Shown piece by piece: positions 10,098-19,328 of a stretch of 64,000 nucleotides of DNA (the first letter of the stretch is position 1; each line of letters opens with the position of its first letter). The DNA is from Planctomycetota bacterium. GTDB taxonomy: Bacteria; Planctomycetota; PLA2; JAEUHO01. The DNA lies in NCBI GenBank assembly GCA_965223505.1, contig CBDCWP010000040.1:64001-128000 (forward strand). The letters are read 5' to 3'. Under the pieces are notes generated by a model, which saw nothing but the letters and a program-made list of their open reading frames with translations, had not been told where the DNA came from and made no database searches. A program made the translations under genes and the position numbers.

Positions 10098-11341
10098 CTC
10101 GTCGGAACGTTGATCTCGGACAGAACGGCATCCGCCGTCGCGCGTCCGCTGACCATGGCGCCCTGGATCGAGCCGTTCTCGCGGTGATCGCCGCAGACGA
10201 AGGAGCCTCCGCGGGCCCGCGCGATGGGTTTCGAACGCAGGGTCTCGCGTTCGGGCAGCGCGTAGGGAACGTGCACCGTTCGAAGATGCCGCCACGCGTC
10301 GACCTCGGCGCCGAACCACTCTCGCAGCTGCGTTCGCACCGCCTGCTCGAGATCGTCGTGCTTCGCGTTCGCGTCCAGCACCGTCGCGGAGACCAGCGCG
10401 GCGCCGGCCGGCGCGTACGTGGGCGCGACCGCGCTCGGCACGCAGAGGTTGTTGACCGGACCGGCGCCGGACCCGTCCAGATAGAGCACGGGCTCTTCGG
10501 TCGGCGCGCGGTCCGCGCCGAAGTACAGGCACCTGACGCCGTGAAACTTCGCCTGCAGCTCGCCCCCGACGATCTCGTTCGCCGCGCTCTCTTCCGTGGC
10601 GATCACGACCGCCTGCGCGCGGATCTCCTCGCCGGACACGAGCGTCACGCGATCGTTCCGTGCGCTGACGACGCGCTGACGGGTGCGCACCGTGCCCGGC
10701 TCCAGGCGCGCCGCGATCTGCTTGGGGATGGCGCCCATCCCTCCCGCCGGCAGCGCGCCGTCCCCCAGCGCGAACATGCGGTAGACGAACGCGAGCATGC
10801 GACTCGATGTCGTCAGGTTCGGCTCGAGGAAGATGCCGCCCAACCAGGGCCGGAAGAAGCACTCGATCATCTCCTTCGAGAAACCGAATGCGTGCAGCGC
10901 CTCGAGGGTCGTGATCTCGGGCCGCCGGAAGAGGTCGTCGAGAGATCCGCGGCACACGTCTTTCTTCAGCTTGAGCATGAGGCGCTTGTCGTTGAACGTG
11001 CCGATCGGAGCGAACGCCGACCGCAGGCCGTCCCAGAAGCGCCGCGTCGGGTCGACGAACCGGACGAACCGTTGTCCGTAGCGGATCATCGCACCCGGGT
11101 AGAAGGCGTGCAGGTCGAGCGCGTCGTAGTCGAGCACGCGCTGCGCCTCGGGATACGCCGTCAGCAGCACCTGGAATCCGCGGTCCAGGAGGAACCCGTC
11201 GACGACATCCGTGCGTACGCGCCCACCGACGTCGTCGCCCGCCTCCAAGATGGCGCACGCGACGCCGCGCTCCTGGAGCCGCAGCGCACAGCAAAGTCCG
11301 GCGAGCCCGGCGCCGACGATGACGACATCGGTGTCACGCAT
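10094..11341 (-). CDS. FAD-dependent oxidoreductase (amine oxidase/phytoene-desaturase-like)
   Basis: IVGAGLAGL, VGGRVRTD, LDRGFQV, CGDH..GSIQGAMVSG. Confidence 0.85.
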   Translation of the reverse strand: MRDTDVVIVGAGLAGLCCALRLQERGVACAILEAGDDVGGRVRTDVVDGFLLDRGFQVLLTAYPEAQRVLDYDALDLHAFYPGAMIRYGQRFVRFVDPTRRFWDGLRSAFAPIGTFNDKRLMLKLKKDVCRGSLDDLFRRPEITTLEALHAFGFSKEMIECFFRPWLGGIFLEPNLTTSSRMLAFVYRMFALGDGALPAGGMGAIPKQIAARLEPGTVRTRQRVVSARNDRVTLVSGEEIRAQAVVIATEESAANEIVGGELQAKFHGVRCLYFGADRAPTEEPVLYLDGSGAGPVNNLCVPSAVAPTYAPAGAALVSATVLDANAKHDDLEQAVRTQLREWFGAEVDAWRHLRTVHVPYALPERETLRSKPIARARGGSFVCGDHRENGSIQGAMVSGRATADAVLSEINVPTS

Positions 11342-11353
11342 TGCCTTCTCTCC

Positions 11354-12355
11354 TCAGACGACATTCCTGAGCATCAGGTCCGACGGATACGGATCCAGAT
11401 ACACCTGCTCGCGCGCCCACTCGTGCTCGCACTTCGTGCGCAGATGGTGGCGCACGAGCGTGAGCGGTACCACGAGCGGTAGTGTCCCGCGCGCGTACTC
11501 GGCGAGCGTCGACGCGAGCTCGCGTTTGTCCTCGGCCGTCGTCCGGTCCTTGAAGAACCCCGCGAAGTGCTGGAGCACGTTCACGTGCCGCCCGCGCGAG
11601 GCGTGCTCCTGAAGCGTGGTCATGAGCAGCGTCTCGTAGCGCGCGACCAGCTCGTCCCAGGGCAGGCTCCCGGCCTCCGCCACGAGGCGTCCCAGCTCGC
11701 GCTGAGCGACGGGCGAGTGCGCCATCACGATGAACTTGTGCTGGGCATGAAAGCGGACGACGCGCGCGGTCTGATCGCGATCCCGAATCGCGTGCCGCCA
11801 GCGCGCGTACGTGAAGATGCGCAGGATGAAGTTCTCCCGCAGGTGCGGGTCGTTCAGGCGCCCCTCCTCTTCCATGGGAAGGTACGGGAACCGCCTCGCG
11901 AGCTCGTCCGCCCAGACACCCCGTCCGGTCTTGGAGGGGCTGCCGTTGTGGTCGTAGACCCGCACGCGGAAGACGCCGCACGTCGGCGAGTCCTTCTTCA
12001 GCACGAACCCGTGAAGCGCGGCATCGGCGAGTCCGGGCAGCCGCTGTCGTGCCCACGAGCGCATCTGCGGCTCCACCGCTTCGCCGCTCTCGCTGTAGAC
12101 GAGGCGCGCAGGCGGTACGTCCTCACCCGGCTTGCGCTCGTCGCGCACGAGCCGCAGCGGCGGCCGTGGAATGCCCATGCCCATCTCCACCTCGGGACAG
12201 ACCGAGATGAAGTCGACGTGCTCCGCCAGTGCGTCGGTGAGGAAACGCGAACGGCAGTGACCACCGTTCACACGCACGTTCTCGCCGAGCAGGCAGGTGC
12301 TGACGCCGACGCGGACGATCGGCCCTTTCGCGGAGTCGGACAACGTCGCGTTCAT
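11354..12355 (-). CDS. ybgA: DUF523 + DUF1722 (YbgA-like / 2-thiouracil desulfurase family) protein
   Basis: VSTCLLGENVR..GGH, CPEVEMGMGIPRP, KKDSPTCG, EEEGRLND, C-terminal YLDPYP; start MNATL at 12355. Confidence 0.88.
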   Translation of the reverse strand: MNATLSDSAKGPIVRVGVSTCLLGENVRVNGGHCRSRFLTDALAEHVDFISVCPEVEMGMGIPRPPLRLVRDERKPGEDVPPARLVYSESGEAVEPQMRSWARQRLPGLADAALHGFVLKKDSPTCGVFRVRVYDHNGSPSKTGRGVWADELARRFPYLPMEEEGRLNDPHLRENFILRIFTYARWRHAIRDRDQTARVVRFHAQHKFIVMAHSPVAQRELGRLVAEAGSLPWDELVARYETLLMTTLQEHASRGRHVNVLQHFAGFFKDRTTAEDKRELASTLAEYARGTLPLVVPLTLVRHHLRTKCEHEWAREQVYLDPYPSDLMLRNVV

Positions 12356-12501
12356 CAAGCCGCCGCCGCAGCAGCAACCACGCGCGCGGGCACCGGACGT
12401 CCCCGCACCGCCCGCAAGGCCGACTCGACGTCCGCGCTCTCCAGGCGCTTCGTCGCCTTCGAGCCCAGAAATCCGCCTGCACCGCTGATCAGAATCCGCA
12501 T
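12355..12501 (-). pseudogene. 48-codon internally deleted remnant of a TIGR01777/YfcH-like epimerase
   Basis: Absent from the ORF track: MRILISGAGGFLGSKATKRLESADVESALRAVRGRPVPARVVAAAAAA*; GAGGTG RBS; TGATG coupling to the DUF523 gene. Confidence 0.6.
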
Positions 12502-12534
12502 CGGACACCTCTCGTTGATTTGTATTAATAAAAA

Positions 12535-12562
12535 ACTATACGATTTGCAAGATCTGTGTCAA
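12535..12562 (-). promoter_or_regulatory. Near-consensus sigma70 promoter for the leftward operon
   Basis: Minus strand TTGACA (12562-12557), 16-nt spacer, TATAGT (12540-12535) in a strongly AT-rich intergenic patch. Confidence 0.7.
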
Positions 12563-12621
12563 ACTTCGTACACATAAAAACCCGGACAAGCAGAGCGGTA
12601 GCCTCTAGACTGCGAGGAGCC

Positions 12622-13533
12622 ATGAAGAAGACGTCAGCCCCGAATGGATCGGCCAACAGCCTCCTCTCGATCGGCGACGTGGCCGCGGCAACCGCCATCT
12701 CGACGGAGACGCTCCGCATCTGGGAGCGGCGCTACGGCCGTCCCGTCCCCGTGCGACTGCCGAGCGGCCACCGCCGCTACACCCCGGCACACGTTCGCTG
12801 GCTGCGCCGCGTGGCCGAGGCGATTGCACTGGGCCATCGCCCCCACAAGGTCGTGCCGCTCAGCGAACGCGAGCTCGACGAGGTTCTCGGAACGCCGACA
12901 GCCGAGCGCGACAGTCCCGAGGCCCTGCGCTGGGTGCGCATGGTGAAGGAGTTCAAGGGCGAGCAGTTGGTCGCCGAGATGATGTCCGCGTGGAAGACCA
13001 ACGACGTCGTCCCGTTCCTCGACCTCTACATCGCGCCGTTCGTCAGCGCCGTCGGACGGGCGTGGGCGGACGGGAAGTTGGAGGTCCGCCATGAGCACTT
13101 CGCCTCCGAGTTGGTGCAGAACGTCATTCGCAACCTGCGCTCGGACCTCGACCTCCCCACCAACCGACCCGTCGTCCTCCTGACGACGCTGCCGGGCGAG
13201 TCCCACGGCATCGGACTGCAGATGGCGGCGCTCGTGTGTTCGGCAAACCGCGTCCCGGTCGGTGTCCTCGGCGTCGATACGCCGCTCTTGGAGATCGTAC
13301 GCGCCGTGAACGAGCTCGGCTCGCGCGTCGTCGGACTCAGTGTGTCGCTGGCAACCGGCGGCGTCGAGACCGACCGGGTGATTGCCGAGCTTCGTCAGGC
13401 GCTTCCCGCGGACGTGCGATTGGTCGTGGGCGGCGACGGCGCCCGCGGGATTCGCCGTGGACCCCGCGGTATCGAGTACGTCGAAAGCTTGGCCGGTTGG
13501 GACGAGATCGCGCGCTCGTTGCGCGCGATCTAG
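12622..13533 (+). CDS. MerR-family B12-binding transcriptional regulator (CarH-like), paralog 2
   Basis: AGGAG RBS; same motifs as paralog 1 (RIWERRYG, WADGKLEVRHEH, ESHGIG) with long identical stretches. Confidence 0.88.
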   Translation: MKKTSAPNGSANSLLSIGDVAAATAISTETLRIWERRYGRPVPVRLPSGHRRYTPAHVRWLRRVAEAIALGHRPHKVVPLSERELDEVLGTPTAERDSPEALRWVRMVKEFKGEQLVAEMMSAWKTNDVVPFLDLYIAPFVSAVGRAWADGKLEVRHEHFASELVQNVIRNLRSDLDLPTNRPVVLLTTLPGESHGIGLQMAALVCSANRVPVGVLGVDTPLLEIVRAVNELGSRVVGLSVSLATGGVETDRVIAELRQALPADVRLVVGGDGARGIRRGPRGIEYVESLAGWDEIARSLRAI

Positions 13534-14885
13534 CGCGCAAACGCCGACTCGAGCTCGTCGACGAGCTTCGCGTCGAGCGTGCCCGGTGAACCGCCGTAGC
13601 GTGCGGCGACCAGGCTCTCCATCGCGCCCGCCGCGCGATGCGCGACGTCGTGTCCGACGCCCTCGTGCTCGAGCCGCTCGGTCAGGCCGGGTGCGACGAC
13701 GGCGGCCGGCTCGCAGTGCAGATGCGCGGCCAGGAACGCCGCGAACGCATTACCGAGCTGCTCCGTCGGCGCTTCGAGCTGCGCGCGTAGCTCGGCGCGT
13801 GCGTCTCGAACGCGACTCGGATCGTCGTCGTCCGTCTCGGGCGGGGTGGAGCGCCGGCGCGCGTAGAGCGTCGCGAGGAGAACGAAGAACAGCGCCAACG
13901 CCCACACCCAGACCGGCGCGCCCTCCGGTTCGGGGGGCGCGGCCTCCTCCGGCCGGTCGAAGCGGGGCGTCTTTCGAACGGTGACAGGGATCGGTTCCGT
14001 GTGGACGACTTGGTATCGGCCCGCGTCGGGATCGAAGAAGGCGAAGGCGACGGGCGGCACGGCGAACACCTCGACACCCGTCGGTGCGATGTCGTAGGTG
14101 ATGCGGCGCCCGTTCTCCGTCGTCTCGTCGATGGCGCCGAGCTCGTGGAACCCCTCGATGCCCAGGCGCGGCCGGCCGAACGAGGCCTGGTTTCCGTCCC
14201 CCTCGATGGTGAGCGTCAGCCGGATCACGTCTCCGGGTGAGACGACGGTGCGATCGACCGTCGCCCGCACCGTGAAGCGCCCGACCGCGCCCTCGAAGTG
14301 CTCGGGCCGGCCCTGGTCGGGCAGTTGCCTGACGGAAACCGTCAGCGCGTCGCCAGTGACCACGACGTCGCGCCGGTCCAATGCCGTACGACCGCTGATG
14401 AAGTCGTCGCGAAACGTCGTCCCGTACGCGAAGCGAAGCGACGGCGCGGAAACGTCGATCTCACCGGGGCGCGCCGCCTCGAACGTCCGCGCATGCTCGA
14501 GGACCGTGAAGACACGTCCCTGCCGCTCGACGTCGTCGAGGCGTCGCAACCGCGTCACGCGTTCTTCCAGAGCGAGGCGCAGCCCCTCCTCGTCCTCGAC
14601 CGGCGTGGACGGAAGCGCGGTCGTGCCCTCGAGCGACGCGAGCCACGACGCGTGCGCCTGCAACGGGACGTCCATCGTCTGGCGAAACAACGGGATCGCG
14701 TTCGTCTCGAAGAACGCGGCTTCGAAGCCGACGCGCAACCGCAGCGTGATGATCTCTCCGACGTACCACGCGTCCTTGTCGGCAACGACCTCGACGAACA
14801 CCCGCTGCTCGGGCGCCGGTTCGTCCGCTCGCGCCGTCGCCGGCCAGGTCGACAGGAAGACGAGAAGCACGAGGGCGCGAATCAC
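13530..14885 (-). CDS. batD: BatD-like protein
   Basis: GTG start overlaps upstream stop; signal peptide; F.GAVGRF, FAFFDPDAGRY motifs; C-terminal TM; last gene of Bat operon. Confidence 0.75.
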   Translation of the reverse strand: MIRALVLLVFLSTWPATARADEPAPEQRVFVEVVADKDAWYVGEIITLRLRVGFEAAFFETNAIPLFRQTMDVPLQAHASWLASLEGTTALPSTPVEDEEGLRLALEERVTRLRRLDDVERQGRVFTVLEHARTFEAARPGEIDVSAPSLRFAYGTTFRDDFISGRTALDRRDVVVTGDALTVSVRQLPDQGRPEHFEGAVGRFTVRATVDRTVVSPGDVIRLTLTIEGDGNQASFGRPRLGIEGFHELGAIDETTENGRRITYDIAPTGVEVFAVPPVAFAFFDPDAGRYQVVHTEPIPVTVRKTPRFDRPEEAAPPEPEGAPVWVWALALFFVLLATLYARRRSTPPETDDDDPSRVRDARAELRAQLEAPTEQLGNAFAAFLAAHLHCEPAAVVAPGLTERLEHEGVGHDVAHRAAGAMESLVAARYGGSPGTLDAKLVDELESAFAR

Positions 14886-16561
14886 CAGTCCTTCTCCACC
14901 TCGGCGCTCCGTGCGCTTCGCTGCGCGCGGCGAAGCGCCAGCTTCTGCCGCTCCTTCTGCACGAGCAGCTCGAGAAGTCCCAGCACCTTCGCCGCGGGAA
15001 GCGCGTCCGAAGCGACGTCCGAGGGCGGCGGCTCGGGATCGTTGCCGTCGCCGTCGTTCTCCGGCGGCTTCGGCGGATCGGCGTCCGGCGGGTCGTCGGG
15101 CGGCGTGTCTCCGGGTTGCGGATCGCCCTTGCTGCCCTCCGAGCGGCGCTCGCGCAGCATCTCGAGCCGGATCAGCGCGCGCTCGACGTTGCGGCGCGCG
15201 GCCGGCCAGTCGGTTCGCGTCGAGGCCGCCGCTCGCCACGCCGCGAGCGCGTCCTCGGTGTGCGCGATGGGCGCCTGTCGGGCACGCGGATCGGCGTCTT
15301 CGCGCATGGCAGCCTCGGCCGCGACGGATCGCTCGAACGCCACGTTGCCGCGGAGGAAGTCGCGCAGCGCCTCGTAGTCGTGCCCGCCGCGCTCGGCTGC
15401 CGTTGCCGCGGAGGCGATGGCGGCGTCGAGCTCGCCGCGTTGCAGCGCGGCGATCGCGCTGTCGTAGTGCGGCCGGGCCGCGTCGCCGCCGCATCCGGCG
15501 ACGAGCACGGCGAACAGGACGAGCCAACGCGTGGCCGCAAACGCCGGCATCGCGCCGCGCCGGCGACGACGCGGCCGTCCGGCCCACGCAAGCTGGAGTA
15601 CGAACAGGAAGAGCGCCGCGGCGAGTGGCCACTGGAACCGGTTCTTCCTCTGCCCGCGCTCGCTCGATGCGTACGCGACGCGCGCCATCGGCAGGATGCG
15701 GCGCTCGTACACGTCGACGAGCGCATCCGTTTCGTCGGCGACGACGAACGCCCCGCCCGTCGTCTCGGCGATCTGCTCGAGCGACGACGCGTTCATGGCG
15801 GACACGACGTCCCGGCCCCCGCGGTCGCGCAGGAACGCCTCGCCGTCTCGCGTCGGCAACGCGATCTTGCTGCCGCGCTCCGACCCGAGTCCGACGCAGT
15901 GCACGGCGACGCCGCGCTCGCGACAGCGGTCCGCCGCGGTGTGACTGCGACCGCTCAAGTCCTCGCCGTCGGTCAACAACAACACGGCGCTTTGTTCGCC
16001 GCGGCTTGCCTCGAGCACCAGCAACGCCGTGTCGAGCGCCGCCGCGACGTCGGTGCCGCCGCGCAAGACGGACGCAGGCTCGGCCTGCTCCGCAAGGCCG
16101 GCGAACGACGCCGCGTCTTCCGTCAGCGGCGCGACCAGCCGCGCTTCACCCGCGAACAACACCAGGCCCAAGCGGTCGCCCGAAACGCGCTTTGCCAACG
16201 CGTCGATCTGGGCCTTGGCATGGGCCAACCGATGCGGCCGCAGGTCGCGCGCGAGCATCGAGCGCGAGACGTCCAGGCACACGACGACGTCGACGCCGCG
16301 CCATGCCGACGCGTCGTCGCGCTCGCCGAACGAGGGACCGAGCGCCGCCACCAGCAACAACAGGACGGCCAGGACGAACAAGCTGCGTCGAAGAACGCGA
16401 CGCTCCGCTCGGTCCTGTGAAAGCCAGGCGGCGCGGTCACCGAGCCAGGCCCTCGACTTTCGCACGCGGGCGCGCGCGCACAGGTGCAGGCCGAGCCACA
16501 CCAGCGGCGCGAGCATCAGTACGGGCAACCAGTCCGGCCGTTCGAACAAGGCGGTGATCAC
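14882..16561 (-). CDS. batB: BatB-like vWA protein fused to BatC-like TPR region
   Basis: MIDAS motif DVSRSM, GDRLGLVLFAG, PLT.D, LLTDGED; then TPR-like helices and terminal EKDW. Confidence 0.8.
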   Translation of the reverse strand: MITALFERPDWLPVLMLAPLVWLGLHLCARARVRKSRAWLGDRAAWLSQDRAERRVLRRSLFVLAVLLLLVAALGPSFGERDDASAWRGVDVVVCLDVSRSMLARDLRPHRLAHAKAQIDALAKRVSGDRLGLVLFAGEARLVAPLTEDAASFAGLAEQAEPASVLRGGTDVAAALDTALLVLEASRGEQSAVLLLTDGEDLSGRSHTAADRCRERGVAVHCVGLGSERGSKIALPTRDGEAFLRDRGGRDVVSAMNASSLEQIAETTGGAFVVADETDALVDVYERRILPMARVAYASSERGQRKNRFQWPLAAALFLFVLQLAWAGRPRRRRRGAMPAFAATRWLVLFAVLVAGCGGDAARPHYDSAIAALQRGELDAAIASAATAAERGGHDYEALRDFLRGNVAFERSVAAEAAMREDADPRARQAPIAHTEDALAAWRAAASTRTDWPAARRNVERALIRLEMLRERRSEGSKGDPQPGDTPPDDPPDADPPKPPENDGDGNDPEPPPSDVASDALPAAKVLGLLELLVQKERQKLALRRAQRSARSAEVEKDW

Positions 16562-17565
16562 GACAGCACCTCGAACACGGTCGCCGACAGGAACGCGCCG
16601 AGCAGCAGCAGGAACAGTCCCGCCAGCAGGAAGGGCAGGAACCGCAGCGCAATGCGGTAGCGCGGCTCTTCGACCGGCGCCTGCTCGAGCTGGTTGATGC
16701 GGTCGTACACGGCCGCCAGCGCGCCGGCATCCTGCACCCGGTGAAACGTCCCGCCCGTACGCTGCGCCATCTGCTCGACGGGACGCGTGTCGAGACGGAC
16801 GCGCTCTCCGCCCGGCCCCCTGCGCGCGACGCCCGCCACGATCGCGTAGACGCGAATCCCGAGCTGTTCGCAAAGCTGAGCGGCGTGCACGGGCGGAATC
16901 TCCGTCTCCATTCCGGTGAGGGCGACGTTCTCTTCGCCGTCGGTCAGCAGCACGATCACGCGCGAGCGCGCCGCGTCCGCGCCTTGCAGCACTTGGGCGG
17001 CCCGGGCGACGGCGGCGCCGATGCCCGTCGCGTCCTCGGGCCCCTCGCTCGTCACGGTCACGACGTCGTACAGGAAGTCCAGGAGCGCGCCGTGGTCGCG
17101 TGTCGGCGGGCAGACCAGGTCCGGGAACCGCGCGAAGCGGATCAACCCGATGCGATCGTCGGGTCGTCCACGAACGAAGTCGGCGGCGGCCCCGCGCGCG
17201 ACCTCGAGCCGCGTTCGCTCGCTGTCCAGGTCGTTCGCGGTCATCGACGACGACGTGTCGAGGCAAAGGAGGATGTCGATGCCTTCCGTCTCGTCGGGCA
17301 GCGGCACCTTCTCCGCCGGACGCGCGAGCGCGACGACCAGGCAGAGCAGGCCGAGCACCTGGAGGTCGCGCGGCAGCGGAAGGAGCACCGTTCGCCACGT
17401 GCGCGGCAACCTGCGCGAGCGCCACAACGCGGCCGGCGCGAACAACACCGACCCGCGGCCGCCGCGACGACGCCACCACAGCAACACCGGAATGAGCAGC
17501 GCCGACCACAGCCACCACGGGTCGAGCAGCGTGAGGCCGGTCAGACGCTGGAACACCGACGTCAT
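16558..17565 (-). CDS. batA: BatA-like vWA-domain protein
   Basis: DTSSSM, DRIGLIRF, PPT.DH, LLTDGEEN; TM segments at both ends. Confidence 0.85.
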   Translation of the reverse strand: MTSVFQRLTGLTLLDPWWLWSALLIPVLLWWRRRGGRGSVLFAPAALWRSRRLPRTWRTVLLPLPRDLQVLGLLCLVVALARPAEKVPLPDETEGIDILLCLDTSSSMTANDLDSERTRLEVARGAAADFVRGRPDDRIGLIRFARFPDLVCPPTRDHGALLDFLYDVVTVTSEGPEDATGIGAAVARAAQVLQGADAARSRVIVLLTDGEENVALTGMETEIPPVHAAQLCEQLGIRVYAIVAGVARRGPGGERVRLDTRPVEQMAQRTGGTFHRVQDAGALAAVYDRINQLEQAPVEEPRYRIALRFLPFLLAGLFLLLLGAFLSATVFEVLS

Positions 17566-18410
17566 CGAACCGCCTCACGCACATAGGCGCGCGCAGCGTC
17601 GAGCGCTACGTCGGTCCGAGCGGCCGAGGGCCTCAGGCCCGCGTACTTGACCTCGTCCGCGCTTCGCAACACGACGGCCAGGTCGTCGGATGCAACGGAA
17701 CCGATCGCCAGCAGCTCGTCGGTCGTTCGCCGCCGGGCCGGTATCCCGTGTCGCTCGGTCACGTAGTCGCGAACGACGTCCGCCGCCTCCACGAGGTCCT
17801 CGGCGCCCGCCAGCATGCCCAGCGCCTGCTCCTGCGGTGTCGGCGCCTCGGGCGGGAGCGCAAATCGTGACTTGTGACGCCGGTACGCGTGCAAGAGCCC
17901 GGCGCCGGCGCCCGCCAGCGCGGCCAGCCAGAGCAACCACGTCCACTCGCGCTGCCGCGTCGGCGGATCCCCCGGAAGCTCCGGTTCACCCGGCGCTGCA
18001 GGGTCCACCACCGGTTGCACGCGAACCTGGATGCGCGGCGCCGTCACGACGCGCGGCATGCCGCCGTCCTTCGGCCGTGCAGCGAAGACCGGCGCGGGAA
18101 TGTCGACGTCCTCCAGCGTGAACGCGTATGCCAGGTAGCGGTGCGTCTCTTCGATGCGGGTTTCGTCTTCGCGACGCGAGACGTTTTGGAGCCGCAAGAC
18201 CAGAGGCGACAACAACGCCTCGTCCCACCCCGCCGCGTGCATGTCCTTGCGCCACACCCTCACGACCGTGACGGCGAACCCCTGGCCGGGCGCCACCGAC
18301 TCCGAGCCGACGGTGATCCGCAGGAGAACGTCCGCGTTCGGGATGGGCGCGGGACCGCCGCAGGTGGCACAGAGCACGAGCACGACCACGAGCAGCGCGA
18401 CGCGTCTCAT
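17562..18410 (-). CDS. Bat-operon membrane protein (hypothetical)
   Basis: Signal peptide, Ig-like region, TM, C-terminal RTTDEL..ADEVKYA; coupled to both neighbours. Confidence 0.7.
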   Translation of the reverse strand: MRRVALLVVVLVLCATCGGPAPIPNADVLLRITVGSESVAPGQGFAVTVVRVWRKDMHAAGWDEALLSPLVLRLQNVSRREDETRIEETHRYLAYAFTLEDVDIPAPVFAARPKDGGMPRVVTAPRIQVRVQPVVDPAAPGEPELPGDPPTRQREWTWLLWLAALAGAGAGLLHAYRRHKSRFALPPEAPTPQEQALGMLAGAEDLVEAADVVRDYVTERHGIPARRRTTDELLAIGSVASDDLAVVLRSADEVKYAGLRPSAARTDVALDAARAYVREAVR

Positions 18411-19321
18411 CGCTTGACCCCGCGTTGCTCGCGCATCCGGAAGAACTTCAGGATCGGGCCGGCGACCAGGTCCTTGCCGCCCTCGCGCGGGACGGGCACG
18501 TCGAGGCGGTCGACGTTGGCGTGAAGCAGCGTGTGCTCCGTACGCGCCCGCCACGCCGCAACGCCGTCCGAATGGGCCGCGCGAACGCGGGGACTGCTCG
18601 TGTCGACGAGGGACTCGATGCCGGTCTCCGGATCCCGCACACGAGCCAGGCCGACGCTCGGAAGCGCAAGCTCGGGCAGCAGCAGCCGGGCGGCGATGAC
18701 GTCGTGGTGCTTGGCGCAGAGCGAGAGCGCGCGTTGGTAGCCGTCGGTCAGGAAGTCGGAGATGACGAAGACGATCGCGTGGCGGCGAACGGCACGGGAT
18801 GCGAGCTCGAGCGCCGGCACCAGGTCCGTGCGTTCGCCGGGGGTGGGCAGCGCGAGGCAGTCGCGCACGATGCGAAGCGCGTGGCGAACGCCCTTCTTCG
18901 GCGCGACGAACGACTCGACACGGTCGCTGAAGCCAATCATGCCGACACGGTCGCCGTTGCGGGTGGCCGCGATGCCCAGACAAGCGCAGATGCGCGCGGC
19001 CGTCTGGCGCGCGGACCACACGCCGAACCCGCCGGCCATCGACGCGGAGAGATCGACGAGGAACAGCATCGTGAGGTTGCGCTCGTCGACGTGCGTCTTG
19101 ACGTAGGGCGCGCCCATGCGCGCGGTGACGTTCCAGTCGATGGAGCGCCGCGGGTCGCCTTCGACGTATTCGCGCACGGTGTCGAACTCGATGCCGGCGC
19201 CGCGAAACACCGAGAGATAGCCGCCCGCCATGACGTTCGTGACGAGCCGGCGCGACTGCACCTCGATGCGGCGGACCTCGGTGAGGATCTCCGCCAGATC
19301 GGGATCGAGCTCGTGCAGCAT
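18407..19321 (-). CDS. DUF58 protein
   Basis: G.GIEF..VREY..GD.RRSIDWNVTAR, LVDLSASM, ISDF. Confidence 0.92.
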   Translation of the reverse strand: MLHELDPDLAEILTEVRRIEVQSRRLVTNVMAGGYLSVFRGAGIEFDTVREYVEGDPRRSIDWNVTARMGAPYVKTHVDERNLTMLFLVDLSASMAGGFGVWSARQTAARICACLGIAATRNGDRVGMIGFSDRVESFVAPKKGVRHALRIVRDCLALPTPGERTDLVPALELASRAVRRHAIVFVISDFLTDGYQRALSLCAKHHDVIAARLLLPELALPSVGLARVRDPETGIESLVDTSSPRVRAAHSDGVAAWRARTEHTLLHANVDRLDVPVPREGGKDLVAGPILKFFRMREQRGVKR

Positions 19322-19328
19322 CGCGTCC

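Noticed and set aside
12356..12508. 51-aa N-terminal extension (..GCCCGGG) of the DUF523 protein
   Set aside because: Better explained by the epimerase-remnant mini-ORF in another frame, which has its own RBS
14098..16557. 819-aa plus-strand ORF and similar long Arg/Ala-rich ORFs (e.g. 22549..25572, 9542..11482, 20336..22903)
   Set aside because: Shadow ORFs of high-GC DNA, antisense or off-frame to well-supported genes
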